A DNA stretch of 59,531 bases, counting the filler, from Sphacelaria rigidula (lineage: Eukaryota), in assembly GCA_964200075.2 (NCBI GenBank). It is 9 parts of 9 records of this genome, joined end to end, with 100 filler letters (N's around TTAATTAATTAA, not from the genome) between each part and the next. Parts side by side here need not be neighbours in the genome. Positions count along the whole stretch, not along the records: positions 1 to 6,526 come from CAXNAA020019542.1; positions 6,627 to 13,152 come from CAXNAA020019543.1; 7 more parts are not named here. One strand, 5' to 3'. The position numbers and the translations under genes were made by a program. Below the pieces are notes generated by a model. The model was given only the letters and a program-made list of their open reading frames with translations, was not told the DNA's origin and ran no database searches. This document shows positions 1-11,653 of this stretch, piece after piece; position 1 is the first letter of the stretch; every line of letters starts with the position of its first letter.

Positions 1-70
1 GTAGTCATCAGACCCCTGACCTCGCATCCCTACAAAGCCGGGACGGAGCACGCCGGGTTTTCGCCTGACC
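1..70 (+). repeat. Dispersed repeat family A (terminus GGGGTGTACTCATGATCATGCATGCC...), partial copy
   Basis: Homologous copies at 4325-4421 (reverse), 13078-13152, 14016-14105 and 39620-39656. Three contig ends break inside this repeat, consistent with high copy number. Confidence 0.8.
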
Positions 71-329
71 ACGTGGGGGGCAGGGGGAGGGGCGGGATCT
101 CACCTGTTGGGAGCAGGGGTATGGGGCAAGGTCACATCTGCCTTTTGTTTTGCTTGCTATATTTTACTTTTTATTCTGCGTCCGTGCTTCCAACTTCACC
201 TCTGGCTTCGGGGCGAGTCAGGGCTTTCGAGTGGCCAACCAACACATCCCCCCACCACTTGATGCTCTACCATTTACAGCCGAGCATCAAATCAGAACTC
301 CCGCAGTCATGTCGACGTGCAGATGCTTA

Positions 330-578
330 CGGTAGGGGTTGCACAGTTGGGCCCATATCTTTCTCGTTCAGGGTCTCCCGAAGTTAGGACCAACTGCGCA
401 AGGAAATATGGTTCAGGCCATGCCCGTTTTCCATTTCATTCGGGATACCGCTAGCGCATTGGAATGTCATCGTTATCGTCGCGTGCTCTCACAGATTTCA
501 TCAGTAAATCTCTGGATGAGATATAGAGGGCTCCGAACAATTCGAATCTCGTAAAATGTTTGTGCACCCCCCCTACCG
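330..578. mobile_element. MITE with CGGTAGGGGTGCACA terminal inverted repeats
   Basis: ta|cggtaggggttgcaca ... tgtgcaccccccctaccg. The same termini occur at 3027-3148, 17689 (one end) and 33191 (one end). Confidence 0.75.
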
Positions 579-791
579 CAAAAACGCTCCGCACCGAAGT
601 TGCCATTTGCTGCTCATGACGCCCACACACTTTCGAGGCAGAGTATACAAATGCCGTGGAACTGAGGCGTGTCTTCAGGTGGGCTACTGTGCAGTAAGCA
701 CGCAACGCTTGCCCCCCCTTCTCCCTCTCCAAGGAAACAAACTAGTACGCACTACACCCAAGATAAATTGGATATATGTGCATGTAATCTA

Positions 792-1379
792 CCTCCTCTG
801 TCCCACAAGTAAAGTCCGTTATGGAGGATAGTGCGTACCTCGCCACCAGAGGTGCTTACGATATTATAGCTAGGTTCGTTGAAGCTATATAGTTGTGGAG
901 ATGGCCAACGGAAAAAATAATAACAAAATAATCGACCCACAACCTTAGAATCGTTGGGTCAAACGTGGCCAAATTTCGACCAAATTCCGTCCAATCTGTA
1001 CATTTTTCGGCCGAATTTCGACGAATTTGGCTTGTTTTGAAGTAATTGAAGGCTGCAAGGTAAACGAGTGGTTTCGGACTAGACGCAGCTATCGTATGCC
1101 AGCGATGGACCGGAGAATGGATGCCATTTGCTTTTTTTCGCGATTTTTGTCGTTTTTCGGGTCTCCGGGGTTCTTCCCTGTGCTTTGGAAAAGGGGCAAA
1201 ATGTGGCCATTTTGGGGCCGACTGATCGTTTATCAGCTGTTCGCGCACGCTGGCTGCTGCGCAAACAGAAGAAAAAAATAAAAAAAACTGAATACTTCAA
1301 AACAAATTTCACCTGCGGCATTGAACACGGTTAAGGGTCAGTGTGAAAATGACGGAATTTACTTATGGGACAGAGGAAG
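792..1379. mobile_element. Stowaway-like (Tc1/mariner-type) MITE
   Basis: ~30-bp TIR cctcctctgtcccacaagtaaagtccgt / acggaatttacttatgggacagaggaag, flanked by TA on both sides. Related copy at 3268-3845. Confidence 0.8.
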
Positions 1380-2407
1380 TATGTATATATCCTGGGGATA
1401 CGGGGAAACACACGTAGGTTGGATCCATGTGCCATAAAAAAAAAAAACTCTGGTCCAACAGAAGGACGAGGACAAAGCTAGCACCAACGCACTCATATAC
1501 AGATGGGTGACACATGTTGACCAGCACTAGCACAGGAGAAGCATCATCACTGGCGGTGCACATATTTTTTTCGACGACGTTTATATACCCATGGTATATG
1601 TCGTCAATTACTCTCAAAAGGATATGTCATGGGCGTTCGTTCAAGGCAGCTCGCCCGATCACTACGGACCAGATTTGATGGAGGAAGACCCAACCGGGCC
1701 GGATCGGGCCCGGGAGGAAGGGGGCGTTCTCATTTGTTGCTTGCCGTCGTCGCTTGACCAATGACCACGCATCCCTTTCGTGACGGGGTGGGGAGGAGGG
1801 AGGGAGGGGGGCTCGAGTCGCGTGCAGCTACGCTGGGTATCACGCGGTTTTTTTTTTTCAACCGTCATACTGTCAACCCGTTCCTTTATTTGGCCGGGAG
1901 GAGCCCGTCATCTCGCGGTGATCAACACATCCTTTCACGGGTTACACGCGTGACATTTTGGCGTCGCGGATTGGATTAGCACTCCGCTTCCGCGCCGCTA
2001 ATAGCTGGTGGTGAACTCTGTATCTGTTGTGCCAAGCAGTAATTGAAACGAGTCATGTTACTCCCTAGTTTTGAACTTCTTCTGTCTCACGTATGTTGCT
2101 CCACGGTTCACGGACCCTCTCGCTCACCGGTGGAAGAGAGATAGCCCACCCAGCCAAGTCGGCCATTCCTAGAAGCCCACTCCAGCTCCGCAGCGTGCGC
2201 TACGAGGACCGGATCTGTGCCGGACCTGCCGCCCACGGAGCATGCATATTCGACGACAAAGGGCGCACATCAGAACACGGCAGAGGGTACCACCTAACTC
2301 TACGGTTCATTTTTGGCGTCTGTATCCGGCAGGATTGGGTAGTTAGTTACCTGAACTGAGAGTTTGTTATTTGTTTTTTGTTTCTGTTATCCATTGTTAT
2401 TCTTGTT

Positions 2408-2480
2408 TTGTTTCTATATTTGTTTCTATATTTGTTTCTATTTTTGTTTCCATTTCCATTTCCATTTCCATTTCCATTTC
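2408..2480. repeat. Simple repeats (TTTGTTTCTATA)n then (TTTCCA)n
   Basis: Seen directly. Explains the FLYL/FPFP low-complexity ORF. Confidence 0.85.
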
Positions 2481-3026
2481 TTTTTCGATTTATTTTTTAT
2501 TTGATCATTATTGAGGAGGTTCCAAGCAGTGGATTAAATATGTTGCAAGCAATGGGTTCTACGACGCTGAGAGCAGTCAAGTCAGAGCAGATCAGGCGAA
2601 AAACAAAAAGGTTGAGCAGATTTGCTGTCACAACCTGTTCTCGTCGTTCCCCTGTCTTCACGGTATCGCGATATTTATGCTCAAGAGCAAAAAGACGGAG
2701 AAAAAACAAGAAGATACGAGACCTAATATTACTACTAACAATAGAAGGGGGAAAAAAAGAAGCGGACAACAAACGAAAATGGCGACCAGACATGCCCGAG
2801 AGACACTGCAGCACGTTGAGCAGCGAATCCCAGCGCAATGTAAACGTGAACCATCTTGGAACAGCATTTCCTCTACCTGATCGTGTACAATTATAAAAGA
2901 CAACTTGAGCTAATAATTGCAGCCAAAAGCATGTCAATGTGAAATGACATGGACGTTGAGACTGTGCCTTATCTATATCCCTACATACAGGACCCAGGAT
3001 CACTGCTTGCTTGCTGAGTAATTCTA

Positions 3027-3148
3027 AGGTAGGGGTACACAATTTTTTTCTGAGGTTCTGCACTGTCGGACCCTCTCGATGACAAACATCTGGGCCTTAG
3101 TGTGCAGCGTCAGAAAACGTGTGAACTAATAAATGTGCACCCCTACCG
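3027..3148. mobile_element. Short MITE of the CGGTAGGGGTGCACA family
   Basis: ta|aggtaggggtacacaattt ... aaatgtgcacccctaccg|ta. Confidence 0.75.
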
Positions 3149-3267
3149 TAAAATCCCTCTACTTGAACGCAGATTATTCTCCACTACGAGAACGCAGTGC
3201 AGATGTACCCACACTCTGTGAATACCCGGAGTTTTGACAAACGCTTGCAGGTTGGCGTAACAGTATA

Positions 3268-3845
3268 TTTCCTCTGTTCCATTAGTCTGTGCAGTTATGG
3301 ACGTTTGATTGTTTGGGTATTTCAACGCTGATAACCATCCTATAGTTGGGTTCGTTAAAGAGATACCGCGCAGACGAAGCTGACTTGAAAAAAACTTGTT
3401 TTCCATACTAATTTTAGGTCAAAATATACCCCATTTTGGCCCTTTTTGGTCCACTTATACCCCAATGTTGACCGAGTTTGGACGTATTTACGTCGAGCTC
3501 TAGCGATCACATGCTGAAAATCTGTCAGATGGGGCGTGCGTATGTTAACATCACGGAGATATCCAAATCAGTGGTGGTTTTGTGGTTTTCACCTTTTTTC
3601 ACGATTTTTCGCGATTTCCGGGTCTGCTGTGCTTCACTGGGAAAAAAAGTGAAAAATGCCCAGATTTTGACCGGCTCACGTTTTCTCGGTCGCGAGTCTG
3701 CACGGGTCAAGCACCCATGTTGCAGAAAGAGTATTGTTTTCAGCTCAAAAAACGCCATCGAATGCAGCCAAAAATCGAAAATAAAATCGGACATCGTTAA
3801 GGGCTTATCTAAACATAACTGCACAGACTTATGGCACAGAGGAAG
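3268..3845. mobile_element. Stowaway-like MITE, second copy
   Basis: TIR tttcctctgttccattagtctgtgcagttatg / cataactgcacagacttatggcacagaggaag with TA flanks. Interior resembles 792-1379. Confidence 0.8.
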
Positions 3846-4831
3846 TATATATATATATATATATTGGTACTTCATAACATATATCCCCTTTCACGACTTT
3901 CCTTTGGCGAATTTTCCCGACTCTCCTAGTTACCCCGGGTAGGTATATCATCTCGTGAGTACACCTGGATTAATTCGCAGCGAATCACTTCATGTGCGAC
4001 CATTAACCAACCAATCAGTCAAAATATTTCACCAGTCAAACCAGTCATCAGTTCAAGAAATGAACGTTGTTCCAACTTCTTCTCTTGAACAAAGAGCACG
4101 TGCAGGACGATGACGGATGGCTTCTGATATTCTTCAGACAATAGCTGTGTCCAATGAAGGCAGAAAACGGCATCACCTCCGCCTTCACATACATTGGAGC
4201 ATGATTCATACCATACGCTTTGAACTCCAGGATCGTCACATGCCACAATACCACCCCCCCCGCGCGCCCCCCGCCCCTTCAATACTCACCACGGCGCTTC
4301 GCGCTCGGAAATTGATTGCGAGCCTGGTTCGGCAAAACCCCGGCGTGCTCCATCCCGGCTTTGTAGGGATGTGAGGTCAATGGTCCTATGACTACGGCAT
4401 GCAAAATCATGAGTACACCCCTGAGAGAAACGACAAAAACAGTAACAACTGCCTTCCTGTAAACTGTACACAGAAGTTCATTTTTTCTATCTCCGCTACG
4501 CCCGCCTGCTACAGAATGAGGCAGGACGTGCGTTGGTATGGAACAGAGCATGAAATTGTATGTCTAACATGTCATTCTTCGAGCATCACCAAATTCACGA
4601 TATTTAGGCCTGATTGCTCGAAAAAGAAAAAAAAAAGTGAACGCTGATAAAAAAAAGTCTCCACGCAATTTTTGGGCTATTCCACGTGCCTGGGCTGCGC
4701 GTTTCTGGGTTACAACGCTGAAAACGAAGCCTAAGGATTGATTCGTGCGATACGAATCAACTACACTACAATCAAGTAGTGTATTTCCAGACGAATCATT
4801 ACTTCGCCCGACCCATGGTTTTTGTGCGAGG

Positions 4832-5082
4832 GTAGATCCTTCTCTTACTTTGAAGGTTATCGGTCACCAATGGTATTTGTCTTATGAGTACTCAAATTAT
4901 GTTAAATCAAATTGCAGAATCCAATGAGGAAAATATTACTAAAGTAAAAGGTATTAAATTTGATTCTTATCTAGTACCAGAAGAAGAGTTAATGATACCT
5001 AACCCTTATAAGTCTGTTAAAGGTGCTAATGCTTCAAGATTATTAGAGGTGGATAATCGAGTTGTTCTTCCTAATTATGTTC
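4832..5082 (+). pseudogene. cox2: Mitochondrial cytochrome c oxidase subunit 2 fragment inserted in nuclear DNA (NUMT-like), frameshifted
   Basis: AT-rich island encoding [23 protein letters not shown], then after a frameshift near 4900 ...IKFDSYLVPEEEL...RLLEVDNRVVLP. These are hallmark COX2 motifs (GHQWYWSYEY, FDSY, RLLEVDNRVVLP); the conserved Trp is mutated to Leu. Confidence 0.92.
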
Positions 5083-5582
5083 GTGACTGCAGCAGTGGAC
5101 ACGTGGCGCGCCGTGTGTATGTCCATGTACCTTTAAACGATGATATAGTCGCGTTCAGGCCATGGCTTGGGGTGGTGCTACCGTGCCTTGCTTGGGGATA
5201 GTTGCGGTGAGTTTTAATGCTTTCGGTAAGATCTCTGGTACTGTAACACACACAGAAATATTTGAATCACGACAGTCTAGTCGCCCACACGAGTCATGTA
5301 GTCAGTCACCAGCACCTCTACCGTAGTTGCGCTGTACTGCACCATCCACCAGCTCACACCTTGCTACACACAGACTCCACTATTGTACGTGCAAAGTCCG
5401 CTGGCAACGCTTCACTACAGCCCACGCACGAGGTCATTCACGCCTCTGTACGCTCAAGACTGTGATCAAAGAACGTACGTCAAGAAGGACATCATTATCT
5501 TCAATCGTCCGCTAGCGTCAAACGTCGATCCGCGCCCTACTCCACTACCGGTGCTGAAATCATCGATCTGGGACCATCTTGG

Positions 5583-5630
5583 TTTCATGCCACCTTTCAT
5601 GCCACCTTTCATGCCACCTTTCATGCCACC
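5583..5630. repeat. 12-bp tandem repeat (TTTCATGCCACC) x4
   Basis: Seen directly. Confidence 0.95.
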
Positions 5631-6526
5631 TTGAACTCCTTCGGAACCGCTGATGGAAAAATGACGATTTGCAATTGACGTTTTCGTGCCCAAGATATGG
5701 CTTGTTTTTCTGCAAGTGTTGATGACGCGGCCCAGCGAAACGGTGCACCACTCGAAGTCTAAGTATACTAATGTGACAGATTCGTGCACCGAACTCCAAC
5801 TCACTTTTTTTCCGATGACGAAAGCTCGCATATGGGAGTTTGTACTGTATTTCGCGAGTTCCAAGAGGGTTAACATCCCCCATATAGCACCCCCCCGCCC
5901 CTTCCCGACCAAGAAATCGCTCCACGGGACTGCCACGAGTACGCGCGAAGTTGTACCGAACGTGGAGCCTCAGGAATCAACAGCAACTGCACGTCTTGTT
6001 TTTTACGTCACACGAGTAGGAAAGAGGTGAACGGAATGTACCGGAGCGTTTTATGTGTGAGCAGAGGCGGTTCGGTACTCACTGTAGCGAGGGAGGGACG
6101 GTGCTGAGGACACATGTGGACCCGGCGAGGGCGTCAAGGGGCTCCGGCTGCATCATTGGACCGCTCCAGTCGTCGAAAATGAAGGCCTGTTATGTGCGGG
6201 GGGTCGCACAATGAGGAAGAGGGACGCTGGATATTTGGTCAGTCGACGGCGGTGAAGCACGTCCCCACTTCGACCAGAGGGTGTTCCTAGGTGGCGCCGA
6301 TCTCGAGGAGGAGCATGGTGATGGAATGTTCATGATTTTTGCTCTTGGTTATCATATTTGAAAACACACCTTCTCGGGACATCGGGATGGCTCTGCCGTT
6401 TCAACCCTTTGGCCGTCAGGGTAGGTGATGTGGGTCTTGGAATGGACTGATCCTACAATGTGGGGGGGGGGGGGGGGGGGGGGGGGGAAAAAAAAAGGGG
6501 GGGGGGTGGGTGGGGTGGGATCAAAA

Positions 6527-6626
6527 NNNNNNNNNNNNNNNNNNNNNNNNNNNNNNNNNNNNNNNNNNNNTTAATTAATTAANNNNNNNNNNNNNNNNNN
6601 NNNNNNNNNNNNNNNNNNNNNNNNNN
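6527..6626. other. Artificial contig linker (N44-TTAATTAATTAA-N44); also at 13153, 19779, 26405, 33031, 39657, 46282, 52907
   Basis: Identical 100-nt spacer with stops in all frames, separating 6525-6526 bp contigs. Confidence 0.99.
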
Positions 6627-9009
6627 TCAGAACAGTTGTTTTAGACACAAAATTGCCAAAAAAACAAAAAAAAAAAAAAAAAACAGGGGATGGAAGGTCA
6701 GGTGTTCGCACATACGTTCTGTACATCGTGTCATAATTTAGTCGAAAACGATCCAAAATGGAGCGAAGAAAATGCGTTTCAACATTCCTGGTGGCTCCTT
6801 GGGCGGACCAGCCTGTACGAATACCTTCAGATCCTCGATGTGATAAGCGGTGGCAAGCGAAACGAGCCCAAGAAAATCGCCAATTACGAAGAAATCACAA
6901 AATGCCTCAAAATAACTAGTTACTGTAGACCGCCCACTACTGTATCTTACAGACCACCACGCCAGATAACAACTTTTCACAGGACCATGCAAACCCCATC
7001 CAACTCATTCTCAGCCACCACTGCAACCCTGCAGCATAGAGCACGGGTTGAGCACAGGGGTAGATACACCCTGCAGTAGTTGTGTGTGCTTTGTTTATTT
7101 ATTTTTGGCAAAAACTTGCGCATCTTCTGTCATGGTGGGTATCAGCGACGGAACTGCGTGGTACGGTGAGCAACCGAGTTGCGTGCACGCTCGCGGAGAG
7201 TGCAGGTAGTACAAAGCTGCACGTTGCTGAAGTCCTCTTCACGTCGCATTGTAAGCAGAGAGAACTGATAGTCTTGGGCTGTCTGCACTCCATGTTGCCC
7301 GCTTCTCTTTTATATCCTCCCGTGCGAAATACGCGCACACGCACTCAAGACACCCTGCTTGCAAGCAGTGCAGACAGTACATACTGTCTGTATTGTGCAC
7401 GAGTGACCATGTACCGTTTCACGAACTTCACTGCCTTTTTTCGATTGAAGGCTCGAAAATCCATCTGGACCCAACTGCATCGGAACGAGAAATTTTCGCT
7501 CAGATTGATTCCACTGCCTCATTTTTTCGATCGAAAAGAAAAGTGCGAAGACACGCCGTGCTTCATTACTTCGGTCAACATTCGGGCGCGCACATACACC
7601 CATGTGCTTTGAAAATATTCGTAGTGCACTCCACCCCCCTCACATACACGCGAAAACATCTCACCACAAAGCGACACATTTACGGAAAAAAATGGACGAG
7701 AAAATTCTCCCGCATGGCGAAGCACCTGCGGTCAGAGCATGTGATAAGCACGAGCGACTAACGAGCATGATGCATTGCTGTGTCAGTCTCCCCGAAGCCA
7801 AGAACTACCCCGCCGTACAGACAGCACGGTCGCATCAAGGTGTGCGCTGTCATACCGAATCATTATAATCTGCCCCCTTCATCAGCTAGGCTGGCTGGGG
7901 GGGGAAACAGCCAAATCCGCTGCTAAACCCTGGTTGAACCTACATTTAACTGCGTCCTATTCGAGGATGTGGGATAGTATGTAGACCCAGTGATAAATTC
8001 AAAAGTTAGCGACAGGACAGAATACAGGAAGTAGTTACAGCACTGCCGCGCACAAAGTGGGTCGTGTAACAACCGACTCAGTGAAGGTCCTTTCGCACCT
8101 CCAACATCATGTAGCCGCTTTCCCGTGAGAATAGTAGCCGTGAAGACCATCAACGCCCGTTTCGAACCACCAACTCGAGGAACAGCAGCAGCCGATCGGT
8201 GGCAACCAAATTATTTTAAATCTGTTCCGTTTCTTCAGTGCAAAACCGGAGCGATGCAAGTTGAACCGGAAGAGACGAAACAAGACGTCAAACAATTACA
8301 CCAGGAAACAGAGGGACAAACTTGTGGGGGTATAGAAAACGCGTACAAGGGGCACACCGCGGAGAAGGCGAACGCGATATGTGTAAAATGTACAACCGTA
8401 CCGTCGTCACAGCTTCTAGCACATGATCACCCTATCTTGTGTTCCCCACAATACCTGTACTGAACTACAATATCCGCACATGACACATTTCTGTACTTTG
8501 TTTTAGTTCACGCCCGAGCATGAAGAGTATACGAGGGTACGAGAGCACCACTTCACGGTTGCACCAGACGAACCGAACGCCACTGACCATCGACACGAAG
8601 TGTATTTTTCTCCAGGATCGTGCGCGGCTCGAGCGCTGTCGGGAAGAACAATACATGCCGGCACAGCACATCCACGTGCCGCCTGTTATACCGCTATACC
8701 GAGTTGCACTGCTGTTCACTGTACAGTTGTTGTCCGTTCACGCAGCGCAACCACTATACCAAGCTGCTGCTGTTCACTGGTGTTGTCGGTACTGTCACTG
8801 CAGAATCGCGAACGCGGAAAGCGCCATCATACATGTGTAACGACGGTGAGAGACAGCCGGATACATGTGTAACAAGTCTAATGTTTGATCCCCAGAGTGG
8901 GCGAGAGCGACAAGCTGTGCGGAAGTGGCAATACGGTGGGTTGGCTAATTGTCACTTCACAAATGAAAGCGAAAAACACCCCGATGTTCCTTCGTGTGAT
9001 TTTCCGCAT

Positions 9010-9720
9010 ATTTACCTGCACTAGACAAACCTGCCAGAAAAAAGGGGTTTGTGTCCAAATCGGCGCCTGCGCAGATTTGCCTACAGCACCTCTTGCCCGA
9101 GGTTGCCCGAGGCTCGGTATGGCTTGGGTCACGGATGTAGGGCTAGGATCATTTCTGAATTATTCGTGAAGGTCGATCGCGACCCCTGTCCCGAGTCTGT
9201 CACTCTCTACGTTCTTGTATGTCTTCCTCCAATCGTCGAGCTTGCATGTGCGGTACAGGCAGGTACAGGCATATATTACACCGGTCGCCATCCTGCCGAT
9301 TCAATTTTTGCTTCTTGTGTCGGCATCATTTTCACTCCAAAAATGAGGTGCCCAAATATGCAGTAGTGTGATCAACACCAGTATCTGATGCAATTTTTCC
9401 ACCTGCTAAGCCGTTCTGGATTGATATGGATTGATCAATAAGTAGGTACCGGAGCCACACATCATTGCCGGCCGTGCTGTCCTTCCATGGGTACTTTTCG
9501 TGTCTCACCTGAATCTTTTATCCCTGTCTACAGCTGCTACGTTATATCTCTTCAAATAGTCCACTATGTACCTCTCTATTAGGACATCCCTGGTGCAAAG
9601 GCTAGAGTCGAAAGGCTTGTCCACCACATCAGTATCCATCCATACGGTATCCGGATCGGAGTACCCGCCAAGACATTTTTGACTCTCACCTAAATCTCCG
9701 TGTTTTACACAGTAAGACAA
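9010..9720 (-). pseudogene. Possible exons of a decayed spliced gene, product unknown
   Basis: Protein-like frame YCVKHGDLGESQKCLGGYSDPDTVWMDTDVVDKPFDSSLCTRDVLIERYIVDYLKRYNV...RF ends at a CAG|GTGAGA donor (~9507). The next segment (9290-9030) follows a CAG acceptor but has an in-frame TAA. Confidence 0.35.
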
Positions 9721-10972
9721 GCCGTGGCGACTTCAGCTTTGAGTTGGTATGGGGACGGCCGCAGAGACCGCGGGCGAAGATCGTCCCGCGCGTATCTGCC
9801 TGGCAACCTCTGTTGTGCAGTGTTCGACTGCCCGGCGTGAATTGCCTGCTGTTCGGTGTCGCTTGTGGCTCTTGCTAGTCAGCAAAATCCGGAAGGGTCA
9901 TGACACGCACACGGTGTAGCCGTTCCGTTACCCTGATGGTAAAGTATCGAAGTAAAACGCTCAAAATATGGCGCAAGATTATGGCGCAAGATCTCTCCGG
10001 GCGGTTTATGTTATATCTTGCTGCTGCTGCTGCTTGGTGCTTCTTGAATGAACCAAAGCCAGCAAGTCCCACGCTGCTCGGTGGTCCAAGTGTATCCCTA
10101 GATGTACTGAGGTGAATCGGTTGCTCTTGGTTTTCGGTGCCAACAGCTGATGGCCTGCTCGAGTATCGTCGTCTGGTGTAGGGAGGCGTAACGGTAGATC
10201 GGGCGGAAGCGCCGCCGACCCGAACATCAGTGTGCAGATGAGGAAAAAAAAAAGAGTTTTCGAACCAGAATCAATCGTTATGAATACAGTAGACTCGATC
10301 CAAGAAGTTCGAAATTTCGGAACTCTTTTGGGTCGAAGGGATGGGCAACGTGAGATGGTCCAATGGAACAAATGTTTATCCTTGATTTCCTCGACGAATA
10401 TCCCTGGAAAAGTCTAGCTTGCTGTTGATCACTAGGATAATCGTGGAAACAAAGTATCATGAATTTGGTCGAGTAGCCACCACTGTAACTTTCGTTATAA
10501 CCGAAGACTACAAAACTCTCATCGAGGGTGGTATACACCGTCATACATTTTGTGACCCATTCTTGGTCGGTAATATACTCCGCGTGTTCCTGGTGGAGAA
10601 CAGTGTTTTGTTGTTGCTTGTATTGATCCTCTGGTGAGATAAAGGTGAGTGGTTCCTTTCGATAGCGATGCGGATATACATGTTGCTGGGTATGTCATGC
10701 CCCTCTCCATGAGAATAAACTTCCCACAGGCAGAGAGAGAGTGGTACAGCCTACTGCACTGTACGGCCCTTCCCAGTATAGACAGTGGTACTATTATACA
10801 GCACACACCGAGCAACAAACTATTCTGACTGCACCCTACCGTACAATCTGTAGCCCATCTAAGGTGCGGTTGTCGAAGTAGCAGGTAACAGTACTGCCGT
10901 ACTACTATACGTCCGTGTTAATTCGTTGCCGTTGTACAACATCAAACTTGTCACTGTCAGGTTTCTAGCTGC

Positions 10973-11168
10973 GATGGTGTATAACACCCCCTCCCCGAGT
11001 GAGAGATTTCACGACTCCGAGGAATGCGGAGAGTACGTGATCGCAAAAAACATTTTGACAATTCAAGATGAAAAAGTTGGGTAAATGAAATGTTTTCGGG
11101 GTGCACGGTTTCGTTACGCAGAAAGGAATGGACGCTGAACAAACACCACCCGGGTGTTATACCCCATC
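10973..11168. mobile_element. ~195-bp MITE
   Basis: 17-bp TIR gatggtgtataacaccc / gggtgttataccccatc (1 mismatch). Confidence 0.65.
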
Positions 11169-11610
11169 ACCTACGGGACGGTTCGAAGAAGTTGATTGAT
11201 GGTAACTGATAACCCTTTTGGGACCGACCCCCCACTAACACAGGGTTGACCCTTTGTTGATGAAATAATAAAAAAAACAAGTGGTAAGCCACGGCTAACG
11301 CGCGTGGCAGCAGTGCCCTACGTATCAACCGAAAGGGTCTCGCACGCGTGAAGGTTTTGGACAAAAATGTAGAGCGAAAAGCGACCCTGACGTTAACCGT
11401 ATTGTTGTATTATTATAAGCAGATGAGGACTTCCCACCCCAAGAGAAAGTGCTAATCGGGGAGAGGGGGGGGGGGGGGGGGGTGAACTTCGAGAAGTGGC
11501 GGAATGTTTGGCGCCATTTTTTCGTGCACATATTATGTTTTTTTNNNNNNNNNCTCTACTGTTTTGTACTTTTTTTTTTTATTAGAAAAAGCGGCGAACA
11601 CCCACCCGAC

Positions 11611-11653
<43 letters not shown>

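Noticed and set aside
2378..2896. 172-aa ORF with hydrophobic N-terminus
   Set aside because: The N-terminus is a translated microsatellite and no domain is recognisable.
5466..5936. ORFs with GGMK/RWHE repeats
   Set aside because: The peptide repeats come from a 12-bp tandem repeat and no family motif was found.
6527..6626. Recurrent TTAATTAATTAA at a fixed ~6.6 kb period
   Set aside because: Artificial linker between size-sorted contigs. It also invalidates any gene-neighbourhood reading of the window.
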